From NCBI GenBank assembly GCA_964373795.1, contig CAYJVY010000003.1:1-29282 (forward strand): DNA of 29,282 nucleotides. The letters run 5' to 3'. Under the pieces are notes generated by a model. It made no database searches. It was given only the letters and a program-made list of their open reading frames with translations, and was not told where the DNA came from. Below, one piece after another: positions 7,161-15,093 of the stretch. Position 1 is the first letter of the stretch. Each line of letters starts with the position of its first letter. Position numbers and translations under genes: made by a program. Source of the stretch: an uncultured archaeon (GTDB lineage Archaea > Iainarchaeota > Iainarchaeia > Iainarchaeales > DATDZZ01).

Positions 7161-9320
7161 ATGCATTTAGGCTTTTTTTCAAAGCTTGTTTTATTCGGTG
7201 TTTTTTTTCTTATAATGAGTGGCTTTGTTAGTGCTCAGTATTTTGGAGTAGGTGGAACCCCTATTTATGGAGGGTCTACTAGATATCCTAATTCTCTTTA
7301 TTTTGGAAGTGGAACTACTTTTGCTGGAAGCATTTCAACTGCTAGTGGAGCTACTTTGAGTGCAAGTTATTCTAGGAATAGTTTTTCTTTTCCTGAAGAT
7401 GTTTATCCTTCTTATAGAGCTCCATTTTATTCTCCTGGATATTATGATTATTATGGCACTGGATTTATGCAATTACCTTCATTTGTAGGTTACACTGTTA
7501 GAGACAATTATGGTTATTTTTATAGAACTGGTTTGCCTTCAGATTACAAATTTCATTTCTTTCCAAGTCCTTTTCTTCCAGATTATTTTGGGCCATTTAA
7601 TAGAGTTGCTCCAATTAACTATCCTGTAAGCTATACTAATTATTCTCCAATTATTAAAACTCAGGTTTTCAATGAATCAAGTGTTTCTCCTGTAACTGAA
7701 ACTGTTCAAGATGTGAAGAATTTTAGAAGTTTTTTTATTCCAAAAAATTTTTTCAGAGGAGAAATAACAGGCAAGGCTTTTCCTGAAGCAAAGCCTAGAA
7801 TTCAAGACATTTCAACTGGCGAAGTAACTCCTTTTCCAGTGAATGAAAAAAAAGAAGAAAAATTGGTTTTCGAGTCTTTACCTTCAAGTGCTTCTTGTCA
7901 AGGAATTTCAGTTTTAGATAAATCTTTTTCAGTGAAAGAAAATGAATCCATTCAAGACACTGTTTTAATGCAAAATAATTCTAGTGAAACTTTTTTTGTA
8001 GACAATATTTTATTGCTTAATGCAAGTGAAGGAATTTCAATTGGATTAAAGCAATTTGGGTCTCAAATTATTCCTGGGAAAACATTTAAAGTTCCAGTAA
8101 TGCTTTCAGGAGTTGAAGGCTTTCTAAATTCTTCTCAAGTTTTTTCTTTAAAGCTTTTAGGGCATTTTGAGAAAGGAAAAAGCTGTGGAGAGCTTAGAAA
8201 AGATTTTAGTGTAACTGTTTTGTCTGGAGAAAAAAAAGACAATCTTTCATTATATCAATTGAGTGTGCCTTCAAAGTTAAGCGATAAAGATTCTTCTTTT
8301 AAGGTTGAAGTATTTAATCCATTAAATAAATTTGTTAAAGTAAGTTTTTCAGGGAAAGGAGTTTCAGTTGATTCTCAGCCTTTATTAGTAAAGCCTTTAA
8401 CTAGTGTTGAAAGAAGTATTTCTTTTGCTGCAACAAATTCTCCTGAATATATTAAAATTGAATCTCAAGTAGACGGGGAAGATATTCAAAACCCTAAACT
8501 TGTTTTTGTTCAATCAAGTCAAGGAGTAATTGAAGTAACTTCTTATTCAAAAGAAGTTGATTTAAGCAAGGATTCTTCAATTCATTTAACTTTGAAAAAT
8601 AATTCTGGCGAGGAAAAAGTTGTTTCAATTAAATTACTTGAAGAACAAGGAATTCAAGCTTCTCCTGTAATTGTTTCAATTCCTGGAAACGAACTTGAAT
8701 CAGTTTCACTTGAATTGGATTTCCCTAAAAAGAATTTTAGTTCAGTTGCAACTATTTTAATTGAATCAGAAAAACAATTCATTCAAAGAAAGGTTTCACT
8801 TCAATTTAATGCAAGCAATCTTGGCTTGCAAGTTTCTTCAACTCCGTTAATTGATGGAAGTTATAACTTGCGTGTAAATCTTTTAAATAACTCTAATGAA
8901 AAAGTTCAAGGAGTAATAGAGTTAAGCATTCCAAGTACTTGGATTGTTTCAGGACAAAAAACAGTTGAATTAAATCCAAGTGAATCAAAAGAGTTAGTGT
9001 TAAATGTATTGCCTTCAGAAAAATTAAAAGAAGATTATGCTTTTACAGTGAAATTTGTTAAATCAAATACTGGGGAAACAATTGCTTCAACTGCTTCTTT
9101 GCCTGTTCAAGGAAGTTCTGTTGCAACTGCATTAATTTCTTTCACTAAATCAAACATTTTACTTGGATTAATTGTGTTAATAATAATTGGTTTTGTTTTC
9201 GCTAGACAAGACTATGTTCCTTATAAAAAAAGAAAAAACCTTGAAATAATTCACGAATACGAGAAAAATAAAACCTTTAAAGAATTAGAAGAAAAACTAA
9301 AAATTCTTCAAAAAATCTAA
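7161..9320 (+). CDS. Membrane-anchored surface (glyco)protein: signal peptide, Tyr/Phe/Gly/Pro/Ser-rich low-complexity region, repeated beta-rich (CARDB/NEW3-like) modules, C-terminal TM helix and a Lys/Glu-rich cytoplasmic tail
   Basis: The signal peptide is MHLGFFSKLVLFGVFFLIMSGFVSAQ and the aromatic low-complexity region spans 7236-7650. Recurrent module signatures include VELNPSESKELVLNVLPSEK. Many N-x-S/T sequons are present. The TM helix ILLGLIVLIIIGFVFA (about 9156-9203) is followed by KKRKN. I prefer the ATG at 7161 to the track's TTG at 7095 because of the TATA spacing. Confidence 0.7.
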   Translation: MHLGFFSKLVLFGVFFLIMSGFVSAQYFGVGGTPIYGGSTRYPNSLYFGSGTTFAGSISTASGATLSASYSRNSFSFPEDVYPSYRAPFYSPGYYDYYGTGFMQLPSFVGYTVRDNYGYFYRTGLPSDYKFHFFPSPFLPDYFGPFNRVAPINYPVSYTNYSPIIKTQVFNESSVSPVTETVQDVKNFRSFFIPKNFFRGEITGKAFPEAKPRIQDISTGEVTPFPVNEKKEEKLVFESLPSSASCQGISVLDKSFSVKENESIQDTVLMQNNSSETFFVDNILLLNASEGISIGLKQFGSQIIPGKTFKVPVMLSGVEGFLNSSQVFSLKLLGHFEKGKSCGELRKDFSVTVLSGEKKDNLSLYQLSVPSKLSDKDSSFKVEVFNPLNKFVKVSFSGKGVSVDSQPLLVKPLTSVERSISFAATNSPEYIKIESQVDGEDIQNPKLVFVQSSQGVIEVTSYSKEVDLSKDSSIHLTLKNNSGEEKVVSIKLLEEQGIQASPVIVSIPGNELESVSLELDFPKKNFSSVATILIESEKQFIQRKVSLQFNASNLGLQVSSTPLIDGSYNLRVNLLNNSNEKVQGVIELSIPSTWIVSGQKTVELNPSESKELVLNVLPSEKLKEDYAFTVKFVKSNTGETIASTASLPVQGSSVATALISFTKSNILLGLIVLIIIGFVFARQDYVPYKKRKNLEIIHEYEKNKTFKELEEKLKILQKI

Positions 9321-9386
9321 TTTCTGCATTCAAATATCTGTTTCTTTTTAAACCTGTATTTTGTTATTTGTCGAAATTAAAAGAAG

Positions 9387-9395
9387 TTTAATAAA
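9387..9395 (+). promoter_or_regulatory. TATA-like box positioned for a leaderless transcript at the ATG at 9418
   Basis: TTTAATAAA is centred about 27 nt upstream of the ATG at 9418. Confidence 0.35.
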
Positions 9396-9417
9396 TCTAA
9401 ATTGTTTAAAGAATGTT

Positions 9418-9579
9418 ATGAAAATCATTATTTCAGATCATGCTATTGAAAGAATGAAAAAATATGGCTTGAGTCAGGATAAAGTAATTGATTGTATTTT
9501 AAATCCTGACATAATTGTAAGTGGAAGAGAAAAAAGAAAGATTGCGCAAAAGCGTTTAAACAGTTATAATCACCTATAA
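9418..9579 (+). CDS. DUF4258-like putative toxin, apparently C-terminally truncated (53 aa)
   Basis: MKIIISDHAIERMKKYGLSQDKVIDCILNPDIIVSGREKRKIAQKRL matches my recollection of the DUF4258 N-terminal two-thirds. The expected C-terminal beta-strands (..LLRVVYEE..VITVY) are missing, and a stop follows KRLNSYNHL. Confidence 0.5.
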   Translation: MKIIISDHAIERMKKYGLSQDKVIDCILNPDIIVSGREKRKIAQKRLNSYNHL

Positions 9580-9596
9580 ATCAAAGAGTGAAAGAT

Positions 9597-9806
9597 ATGA
9601 AATATAGATATGATAAAGAAACAGATATTCTTGTTATAGAGCTTAGTAGGGAAAAACCGGATTTTGCTGAACAAAGAGGCAATATAATTACTCATTACAA
9701 TAAGGAAAACAAGCCAATAGAATTAGAGATATTGAATGCTAGAAAAACAACACTGGAAATGATGAAAGCAATTAAATTACGTAAAATAATTAATGTAAAC
9801 GCATAA
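9597..9806 (+). CDS. DUF2283-family protein (predicted antitoxin partner of DUF4258)
   Basis: YDKETDILVIELSREKP...PIELEILNARK is the typical DUF2283 signature. I prefer the ATG at 9597 to the track's GTG at 9588. Confidence 0.65.
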   Translation: MKYRYDKETDILVIELSREKPDFAEQRGNIITHYNKENKPIELEILNARKTTLEMMKAIKLRKIINVNA

Positions 9807-9830
9807 AATTAGCTAACATTCAAGTAAATC

Positions 9831-9837
9831 TTTTTTT
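9831..9837 (+). terminator. Oligo-T (T7) tract after the DUF2283 gene
   Basis: TTTTTTT lies 25 nt downstream of the stop codon. Confidence 0.35.
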
Positions 9838-9843
9838 GAACAC

Positions 9844-9857
9844 AAGCTTTAAATACC
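9844..9857 (+). promoter_or_regulatory. BRE/TATA-like promoter in the rpl3 upstream region
   Basis: AAGCTTTAAATACC contains TATA TTTAAATA (9848-9855). The predicted start is near 9878. Confidence 0.45.
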
Positions 9858-9883
9858 TTTTACATGCGTATATATTATATATT

Positions 9884-9935
9884 AAAGTCGTAGACTGCAC
9901 GTTTTATAATGTGTAAATGCGATGCGACTTTTTTT
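9884..9935 (+). other. Stem plus T7 element (candidate small RNA 3' end or attenuator) in the rpl3 leader
   Basis: AAAGTCGTA (9884-9892) pairs with TGCGACTTT (9923-9931) over 9 bp with one G-U. The 3' arm runs into T7 (9929-9935). Confidence 0.35.
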
Positions 9936-9993
9936 CTACAAAAGTAGAACTTTAATCGTTTTAGATTTGAGCTATCTGATTCGATTGCATTTG

Positions 9994-10013
9994 TTTTACA
10001 TGATTTTACATGG
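9994..10013. repeat. 10-bp tandem duplication including the rpl3 start codon
   Basis: The copies are TTTTACATGA (9994-10003) and TTTTACATGG (10004-10013). The first ATG (10000) opens a 5-codon uORF that ends at 10017. Confidence 0.85.
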
Positions 10014-11065
10014 GTAAAAAACATAAACCGCGTTCAGGAAGTCTTGCCTTTTATCCAAAGGTTAGAGCAGATAAAGAAACGCCTAGTTTTCACTCTTTTC
10101 CAAGAATTGAATCTACTTCAGTTAAGCCATTGAATTTTTTAGGTTACAAGGTTGGAATGATTCATGCTTTTGGAAGATCTGAAGGAGAGAAAACAACTTC
10201 TTTTGGGCAAACAATAATGCTTCCTTGCACTGTAATTGAATGTCCTCCTTTAACAGTTTTTGGAGTAAGAGCTTACAAGAAAACAGTTAATGGATTGAAA
10301 ACAGTTGGAGAAGTTTTAGCTGAAAAAGTTGAAAAACATTTATTTAGAAAGCTTCATTCTTTTAAGAAAAAAAGTCAGAAAAAGAAAAAATCTAAAACAG
10401 TTGAAGAAGAAGTTAAGAAAATTCCTGATTTAAATGCTTTAGAAAAAATGCTTGACTCTGTTTCAGAGTTAAGATTGTTAGTTCATACTAATCCTTATTT
10501 AACCGGAATTGGAAAAAAAAAGCCAGCAATTACTGAACTTGGATTGAATGGATTAATTCAAGATCAATTTGCTTTTGCAAAACAAAAACTTGGACAGCAA
10601 ATTAAAGTGAAAGATGTTTTCAATGAAAAACAATTTGTTGATGTTAAAGCAGTTGATAAAGGGAAAGGTTTTAGCGGAGTTGTAAAAAAATTCGGAGTAA
10701 AGATTCAAAGACCTAAAGCAAAGTATCATAGAAAAATTGGATCAATTGGGCCTTGGCATCCTGCGACAGTTATGTGGACTGTTGGAAGGCCAGGACAATT
10801 AGGGTATCAGAATAGAACTGAATTTAATAAAAGAATTTTAAAAATTGATTCAAATCCTGATTCAGTGAATGTTTTAGGTGGTTTTACTAATTATGGTTTG
10901 ATTAAAAATGATTTCATGCTTTTATCTGGATCAATTCCTGGAGCAATTAAAAGATGTGTTGGTTTAAGAGAGCCAATGAGAATTGTTAACGAGAAAAAAT
11001 CCAAGGTTTCAGATGTGTTTTTTGTTCACGCATTAAATAAAGTTGCAGGGAAGGTATCTCAATGA
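10010..11065 (+). CDS. rpl3: 50S ribosomal protein uL3
   Basis: MGKKHKPRSGSLAFYPKVRA and GYKVGMIHAF are characteristic of archaeal L3. It is the first gene of the conserved cluster. Confidence 0.95.
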   Translation: MGKKHKPRSGSLAFYPKVRADKETPSFHSFPRIESTSVKPLNFLGYKVGMIHAFGRSEGEKTTSFGQTIMLPCTVIECPPLTVFGVRAYKKTVNGLKTVGEVLAEKVEKHLFRKLHSFKKKSQKKKKSKTVEEEVKKIPDLNALEKMLDSVSELRLLVHTNPYLTGIGKKKPAITELGLNGLIQDQFAFAKQKLGQQIKVKDVFNEKQFVDVKAVDKGKGFSGVVKKFGVKIQRPKAKYHRKIGSIGPWHPATVMWTVGRPGQLGYQNRTEFNKRILKIDSNPDSVNVLGGFTNYGLIKNDFMLLSGSIPGAIKRCVGLREPMRIVNEKKSKVSDVFFVHALNKVAGKVSQ

Positions 11066-11853
11066 AGGCAACAGTTTATGGTTTGAGTGGCGAGAAATTA
11101 AAGGAAATTGAATTGCCTAAAGCATTTGAAGCAGAATTTGAACCAGAATTAATTAAGAGAGCAGTTTTAGCTATTCAAACAGCTAAACTTCAAAGAAAAG
11201 GACCTTATCCTAGAGCTGGAAGAAATAATTCAGCTGTTTATAGAGGTAAAAGAGATTTACCTGCAATGGAGAGAGGAATTAATGTAGAGCATGCTCGTTT
11301 ACCTAGATTGAAAAATAGGAGAGGTTTATTGCAGGGAAGAGTTGCAGCAGTAAGTCATGCTCTTGGGGGACCTAGAGCTCATAGATTAATGGTGGAAAAA
11401 ACAATTGAGGAAAAAGTTAACAAGAAAGAGAAAAAAAAAGCAACTATTTCAGCTATTGCTTCAACTGGTAGAAAAGATTTAGTTGAAAAAAGAGGGCATA
11501 AATTTGGAGAAATTTCTTTTCCAATTATTGTTGAAAACAAGTTTGAAGACTTGCAGAAAACTAAAGAGGTTTTACAAGTATTAAACAAGCTTGGATTAAG
11601 TCAAGACATTGATAGAGCTAAAAATAATAGAAAGATTCGTGCAGGAAAAGGCAGAAGAAGAGGAAGAAAATATAAGAGAGTGAAAAGTTTATTGCTTGTA
11701 ACAGGCGAGAATAACAAGGTTTTCAAGGCAGCTAGAAACCTTGAAGGAGTTGACATTGTGAAAGCAAAGAATTTGAATGCTTTCTTGCTTGCTCCTGGAA
11801 CCTTGCCTGGAAGATTAACTGTGTGGACTGAAAATTCTTTAAAAGCTTTATGA
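11062..11853 (+). CDS. rpl4: 50S ribosomal protein uL4
   Basis: It has the archaeal L4 pattern (ELPKAFE..RAVLAIQTAKLQRKGPYPRAGR). Its ATGA overlaps the rpl3 stop, and synteny agrees. Confidence 0.95.
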   Translation: MKATVYGLSGEKLKEIELPKAFEAEFEPELIKRAVLAIQTAKLQRKGPYPRAGRNNSAVYRGKRDLPAMERGINVEHARLPRLKNRRGLLQGRVAAVSHALGGPRAHRLMVEKTIEEKVNKKEKKKATISAIASTGRKDLVEKRGHKFGEISFPIIVENKFEDLQKTKEVLQVLNKLGLSQDIDRAKNNRKIRAGKGRRRGRKYKRVKSLLLVTGENNKVFKAARNLEGVDIVKAKNLNAFLLAPGTLPGRLTVWTENSLKAL

Positions 11854-11862
11854 GTTGATTAA

Positions 11863-12246
11863 ATGGTTAAAGAAAAAACTGTTGAGAAAAAAGAAAAAAA
11901 ATCTGGAGAAGAAAAAGTTAAAGCAGTGAAAGAAAAAACTGTGACAGTTAAACCTGAAGCAGTGAAACTTGCTCCAGAGCAATTATTGAAAAATTATGAA
12001 ATTCTTTTATTTCCATTGGTTTCAGAGAAAAGCGTTGGAGCAATTGAATTGCATAACAAGATTTCATTTGTTGTAAAAAAAGATTCTTCTAAAAATGATG
12101 TAAAAAAAGCAGTTGAAGAATTATATAATGTAAGGGTTTCAAAAGTGAATGTCATTCGAGATTTAAAGGGAAGAAAAAAAGCAATTGTTAAACTTGATTC
12201 AAAGTTTAAGGCTTCAGATTTAGCTACAAAGCTTGGAGTAATTTAA
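11863..12246 (+). CDS. rpl23: 50S ribosomal protein uL23 with a Lys/Glu-rich N-terminal extension
   Basis: The core is ILLFPLVSEKSVGAIE..FVVKKDSSKNDVKKAVEELYNVRVSKVNV. About 45 extra N-terminal residues are present. Confidence 0.93.
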   Translation: MVKEKTVEKKEKKSGEEKVKAVKEKTVTVKPEAVKLAPEQLLKNYEILLFPLVSEKSVGAIELHNKISFVVKKDSSKNDVKKAVEELYNVRVSKVNVIRDLKGRKKAIVKLDSKFKASDLATKLGVI

Positions 12247-12255
12247 GGTGAGTTA

Positions 12256-12981
12256 ATGGGTAGACGAATTATTGCTCAAAAAAGAGGAAGTGGAAGGCCT
12301 ACCTGGCGTGCTACAATTCATTCAAAAGCTGATGTGAATTATCCTTCTTTTTCTTTACAGCAAAAAGATTCTTTTGTTCGAGCTCAAGTAATTGATTTTA
12401 CTGCTGATCCAGTTAGGTATGCAGTTTTAGCTGAAGTAGTTTTAGAGGATGGCTCTAAATCTTTTTTAACTGCAGCTGAAGGATTAAAACTTGGACAGCA
12501 AATTCAGATTGGAAAAAAAGCTGAACTAGAAATTGGAAATGTTTTAACTTTGTCAGAGATTCCAGAGGGATGCCCTATTTTTGCAGTTGAAAAAATTCCT
12601 GGAGACGGAGGGCAATTAATTCGTTCTTCAGGAGTTTATGGATTAATTGTTACAAAAGATTCTTCTCAGGCTTTTATTAAAATGCCTTCAGGGAAAATAT
12701 TACCTGTAAGTTTAAGTGGAAGAGCAACTATTGGAAATGTTTGTGGAGGAGGAAGAGTTGACAAGCCTTTTGTTAAAGCAGGAGTGAAATTCCATTTAAT
12801 GAAGGCTAAGAGTAGAAAATATCCAAGAGTTAGAGGAGTTGCAATGAATGTATTAGATCATCCTTTTGGTGGATCTCAGCATCACCCTGGAAAATCAAAG
12901 TCAACTAGCAGGCATGCTGCTCCTGGAAGAAAGGTTGGAGCAATTGCTTCCAGCAGAACTGGTAGAAGGAAAAAGAATTAA
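12256..12981 (+). CDS. rpl2: 50S ribosomal protein uL2
   Basis: GRRIIAQKRGSG and HPFGGSQHHPGK motifs are present, and synteny agrees. Confidence 0.96.
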   Translation: MGRRIIAQKRGSGRPTWRATIHSKADVNYPSFSLQQKDSFVRAQVIDFTADPVRYAVLAEVVLEDGSKSFLTAAEGLKLGQQIQIGKKAELEIGNVLTLSEIPEGCPIFAVEKIPGDGGQLIRSSGVYGLIVTKDSSQAFIKMPSGKILPVSLSGRATIGNVCGGGRVDKPFVKAGVKFHLMKAKSRKYPRVRGVAMNVLDHPFGGSQHHPGKSKSTSRHAAPGRKVGAIASSRTGRRKKN

Positions 12982-13005
12982 TGAAACATTTTAATGAGTG
13001 ATTAA

Positions 13006-13488
13006 ATGGCTAAAAAAGAATTTACTTATAGAGGAAAAACCTTGCAAGAATTGCAGGAAATGAGTTTAGAAGACTTTGCTGAATTACTTCCAACTAGGGG
13101 AAAAAGAACTCTTTTGAGGAGATTAAATAGGCCTTTCCTGAAAGACTTGGATAAAGAAGCTGATGAAAGAAGAAAATGGAAAATTGAAGTAGATATAGAA
13201 TACGATAATGCTTTGAATAAAGAAATTGACTCAGTTTTAAAACAAAAATTGGAAGGAAAATTTCCTAAACCAATTAAAACTCATAGAAGGGATACAATTA
13301 TAGTTCCAAAAATGATTGGCCTGCAATTTGCAGTATACAAAGGAAATTCTTTTGAAATAGTTGAAGTAAAACCTGAAATGTTTGGACATTATTTTGGAGA
13401 ATTTGTTTTAACTAGAAAAAAAGTTACTCATGGAAAAGCAGGAATTGGAGCTACTCGTTCAAGTACTGCTATTGCTACAAAGAAGTGA
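13006..13488 (+). CDS. rps19: 30S ribosomal protein uS19 with an internal charged insertion
   Basis: The C-terminal core is GHYFGEFVLTRKKVTHGKAGIGATRSS. At 160 aa it is longer than the usual archaeal 130-140 aa. Confidence 0.93.
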   Translation: MAKKEFTYRGKTLQELQEMSLEDFAELLPTRGKRTLLRRLNRPFLKDLDKEADERRKWKIEVDIEYDNALNKEIDSVLKQKLEGKFPKPIKTHRRDTIIVPKMIGLQFAVYKGNSFEIVEVKPEMFGHYFGEFVLTRKKVTHGKAGIGATRSSTAIATKK

Positions 13489-13493
13489 TTGAA

Positions 13494-13964
13494 ATGGTTA
13501 AAAAAAATTATAATTTTGATTTACTGGATGACAAGAAAATGGCTAAAGCTGTTTTAAAAAATGCGCCAGTTTCATTAAAGTATGCAGTAGAGTTTTCTCG
13601 AGAACTAAAAGGAATGAAATTAGATAAAGCAGAGCATTTCTTGGAAGACATTATTGAACAAAAAAGGTTTTTGCCTTTAAGAAAATATAATAAAAAAGTT
13701 GGACACAGAAGAGGAGACTCAGTTTCATTTACTAAAAGTGGGAGATATCCTAAGAGAACTTCTCAAGTGATTTTGAATTTATTGCATTCAGTTAAATCAA
13801 ATGCAGATTATAAAGGATTAAATGCTGATAGCTTGCTTATAGTGCATTTTTTTGCTTCTCAAGGTTTTAGAAGGCTTGGTCATCAAAACCAGGGAAGAAT
13901 TTCAGGTAAAACGCATAAAAATAAATCAGCTCATTTAGAGGTAGCTGTAATGGAAGCAAAGTAA
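13494..13964 (+). CDS. rpl22: 50S ribosomal protein uL22
   Basis: AKAVLKNAPVSLKYAVEFSRELKG is typical of L22. The ATG at 13494 is preceded by AGTGAT, so I prefer it to the track's GTG at 13485. Confidence 0.93.
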   Translation: MVKKNYNFDLLDDKKMAKAVLKNAPVSLKYAVEFSRELKGMKLDKAEHFLEDIIEQKRFLPLRKYNKKVGHRRGDSVSFTKSGRYPKRTSQVILNLLHSVKSNADYKGLNADSLLIVHFFASQGFRRLGHQNQGRISGKTHKNKSAHLEVAVMEAK

Positions 13965-13979
13965 AAGGATTTGAGAAAA

Positions 13980-14885
13980 ATGATTGAAAGAACTTTTATT
14001 CAACAAAGTTTAAGAAAACTTGAATTAGAAGGATACTTGAAAAGCGAGTTAATCAGAGCAGGATTCACTAAAGCAGAAATAGTGAAAACTCCTTTAGTTA
14101 CAAGAATAGTTGTTCATGTAACAACTCCTGGATTGGCAATTGGAAAAGGTGGTTCAACAATTAAATCCTTAACTGAGACAATTGAAAAAAAATTTGGAAT
14201 TGATAATCCTCAAATTGAAATAAAAGAAATTGAGGTTCCAGAATTAGATGCCCAAGTTCAAGCTGATAGAATAAAAAATTTAATTGAAAGGGGTTTTTCT
14301 TGGAGATCAATTGCTTATAGAACAGTTAAAGAAATCTCTGATGCAGGAGCTCAAGGAGTTGAATTACTTTTAAGTGGAAAGCTTTCAGGAAAAGGTGGAA
14401 GAAAAAGAAAGCAAAGAATTGCTATTGGTTACATGAAAAAAGTCGGTGACCCAGTTAAATTAGTTGATTATGCTAAAGCCTCTGCTTATCCAAAAGCAGG
14501 AGCAATTGGGATAAAAATTAGAATTGTTCATCCAAAAACAGTTTTCTCAGACAAAATTCAATTCAGTGAATTATTAGAAAAGACTTCAATTCAAGGAAAA
14601 CCAGTGGAAAAACCTTTGGAAACTCCTTCAGTAGAGGAAAAAAATTTAGAAGAGAAAACTGAAGTAACTGAAAAAGTGGAAGAAAAAAAAGAGCCTTCTG
14701 TAGAAAAGAAAGAAAAAAAGAAAACAGAAAAACCAAAAGAAAAAACTGGAAAAAAACATAAAGAAAAAAAAGAAGTTAAAGAAGAAAAAACTAAAACAAC
14801 TGAGGAAATAAAAGAAGAAAAAACAGTTGAAAAAGAAAATGCCAAGTCAAAAGAAGTTTCTGAAAAAAAGGAAAGTGATATTTAA
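13980..14885 (+). CDS. rps3: 30S ribosomal protein uS3 with an approximately 100-aa Lys/Glu-rich C-terminal tail
   Basis: The KH-domain motif is GLAIGKGGSTIKSLTE. The KE-rich tail spans about 14577-14882. I prefer the ATG at 13980 to the TTG at 13971. Confidence 0.93.
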   Translation: MIERTFIQQSLRKLELEGYLKSELIRAGFTKAEIVKTPLVTRIVVHVTTPGLAIGKGGSTIKSLTETIEKKFGIDNPQIEIKEIEVPELDAQVQADRIKNLIERGFSWRSIAYRTVKEISDAGAQGVELLLSGKLSGKGGRKRKQRIAIGYMKKVGDPVKLVDYAKASAYPKAGAIGIKIRIVHPKTVFSDKIQFSELLEKTSIQGKPVEKPLETPSVEEKNLEEKTEVTEKVEEKKEPSVEKKEKKKTEKPKEKTGKKHKEKKEVKEEKTKTTEEIKEEKTVEKENAKSKEVSEKKESDI

Positions 14886-15088
14886 TGTCAAAAAAATCCA
14901 AACAAGTTAGGGAAATGGATTTATCTTTACTTAATTCAAAGCTTTTTGAATTAAGAACACAGTTAACTAAAGATAAAGCAATTGTTTCTTCTGGAACAAA
15001 ACCTGAAAACCCAGGAGTTATTAGGAGAACTAGAAGAGATATTGCAAGAATTTTAACAATTTTAAAAGAAAAAGAATGGAGGACTTAG
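14885..15088 (+). CDS. rpl29: 50S ribosomal protein uL29
   Basis: REMDLSLLNSKLFELRTQL matches the L29 pattern. Its TAATG overlaps the rps3 stop, and synteny agrees. Confidence 0.92.
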   Translation: MSKKSKQVREMDLSLLNSKLFELRTQLTKDKAIVSSGTKPENPGVIRRTRRDIARILTILKEKEWRT

Positions 15089-15093
15089 ATTAA

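Noticed and set aside
10513-10521. Long poly-A runs inside coding regions (for example the A9 in rpl3 and the A9 in rpl4 near 11441), considered as programmed frameshift or slippage sites or as assembly errors.
   Set aside because: Reading frames are intact across every run, and the encoded Lys stretches fit the Lys-rich proteome. There is no evidence of alternative-frame products.
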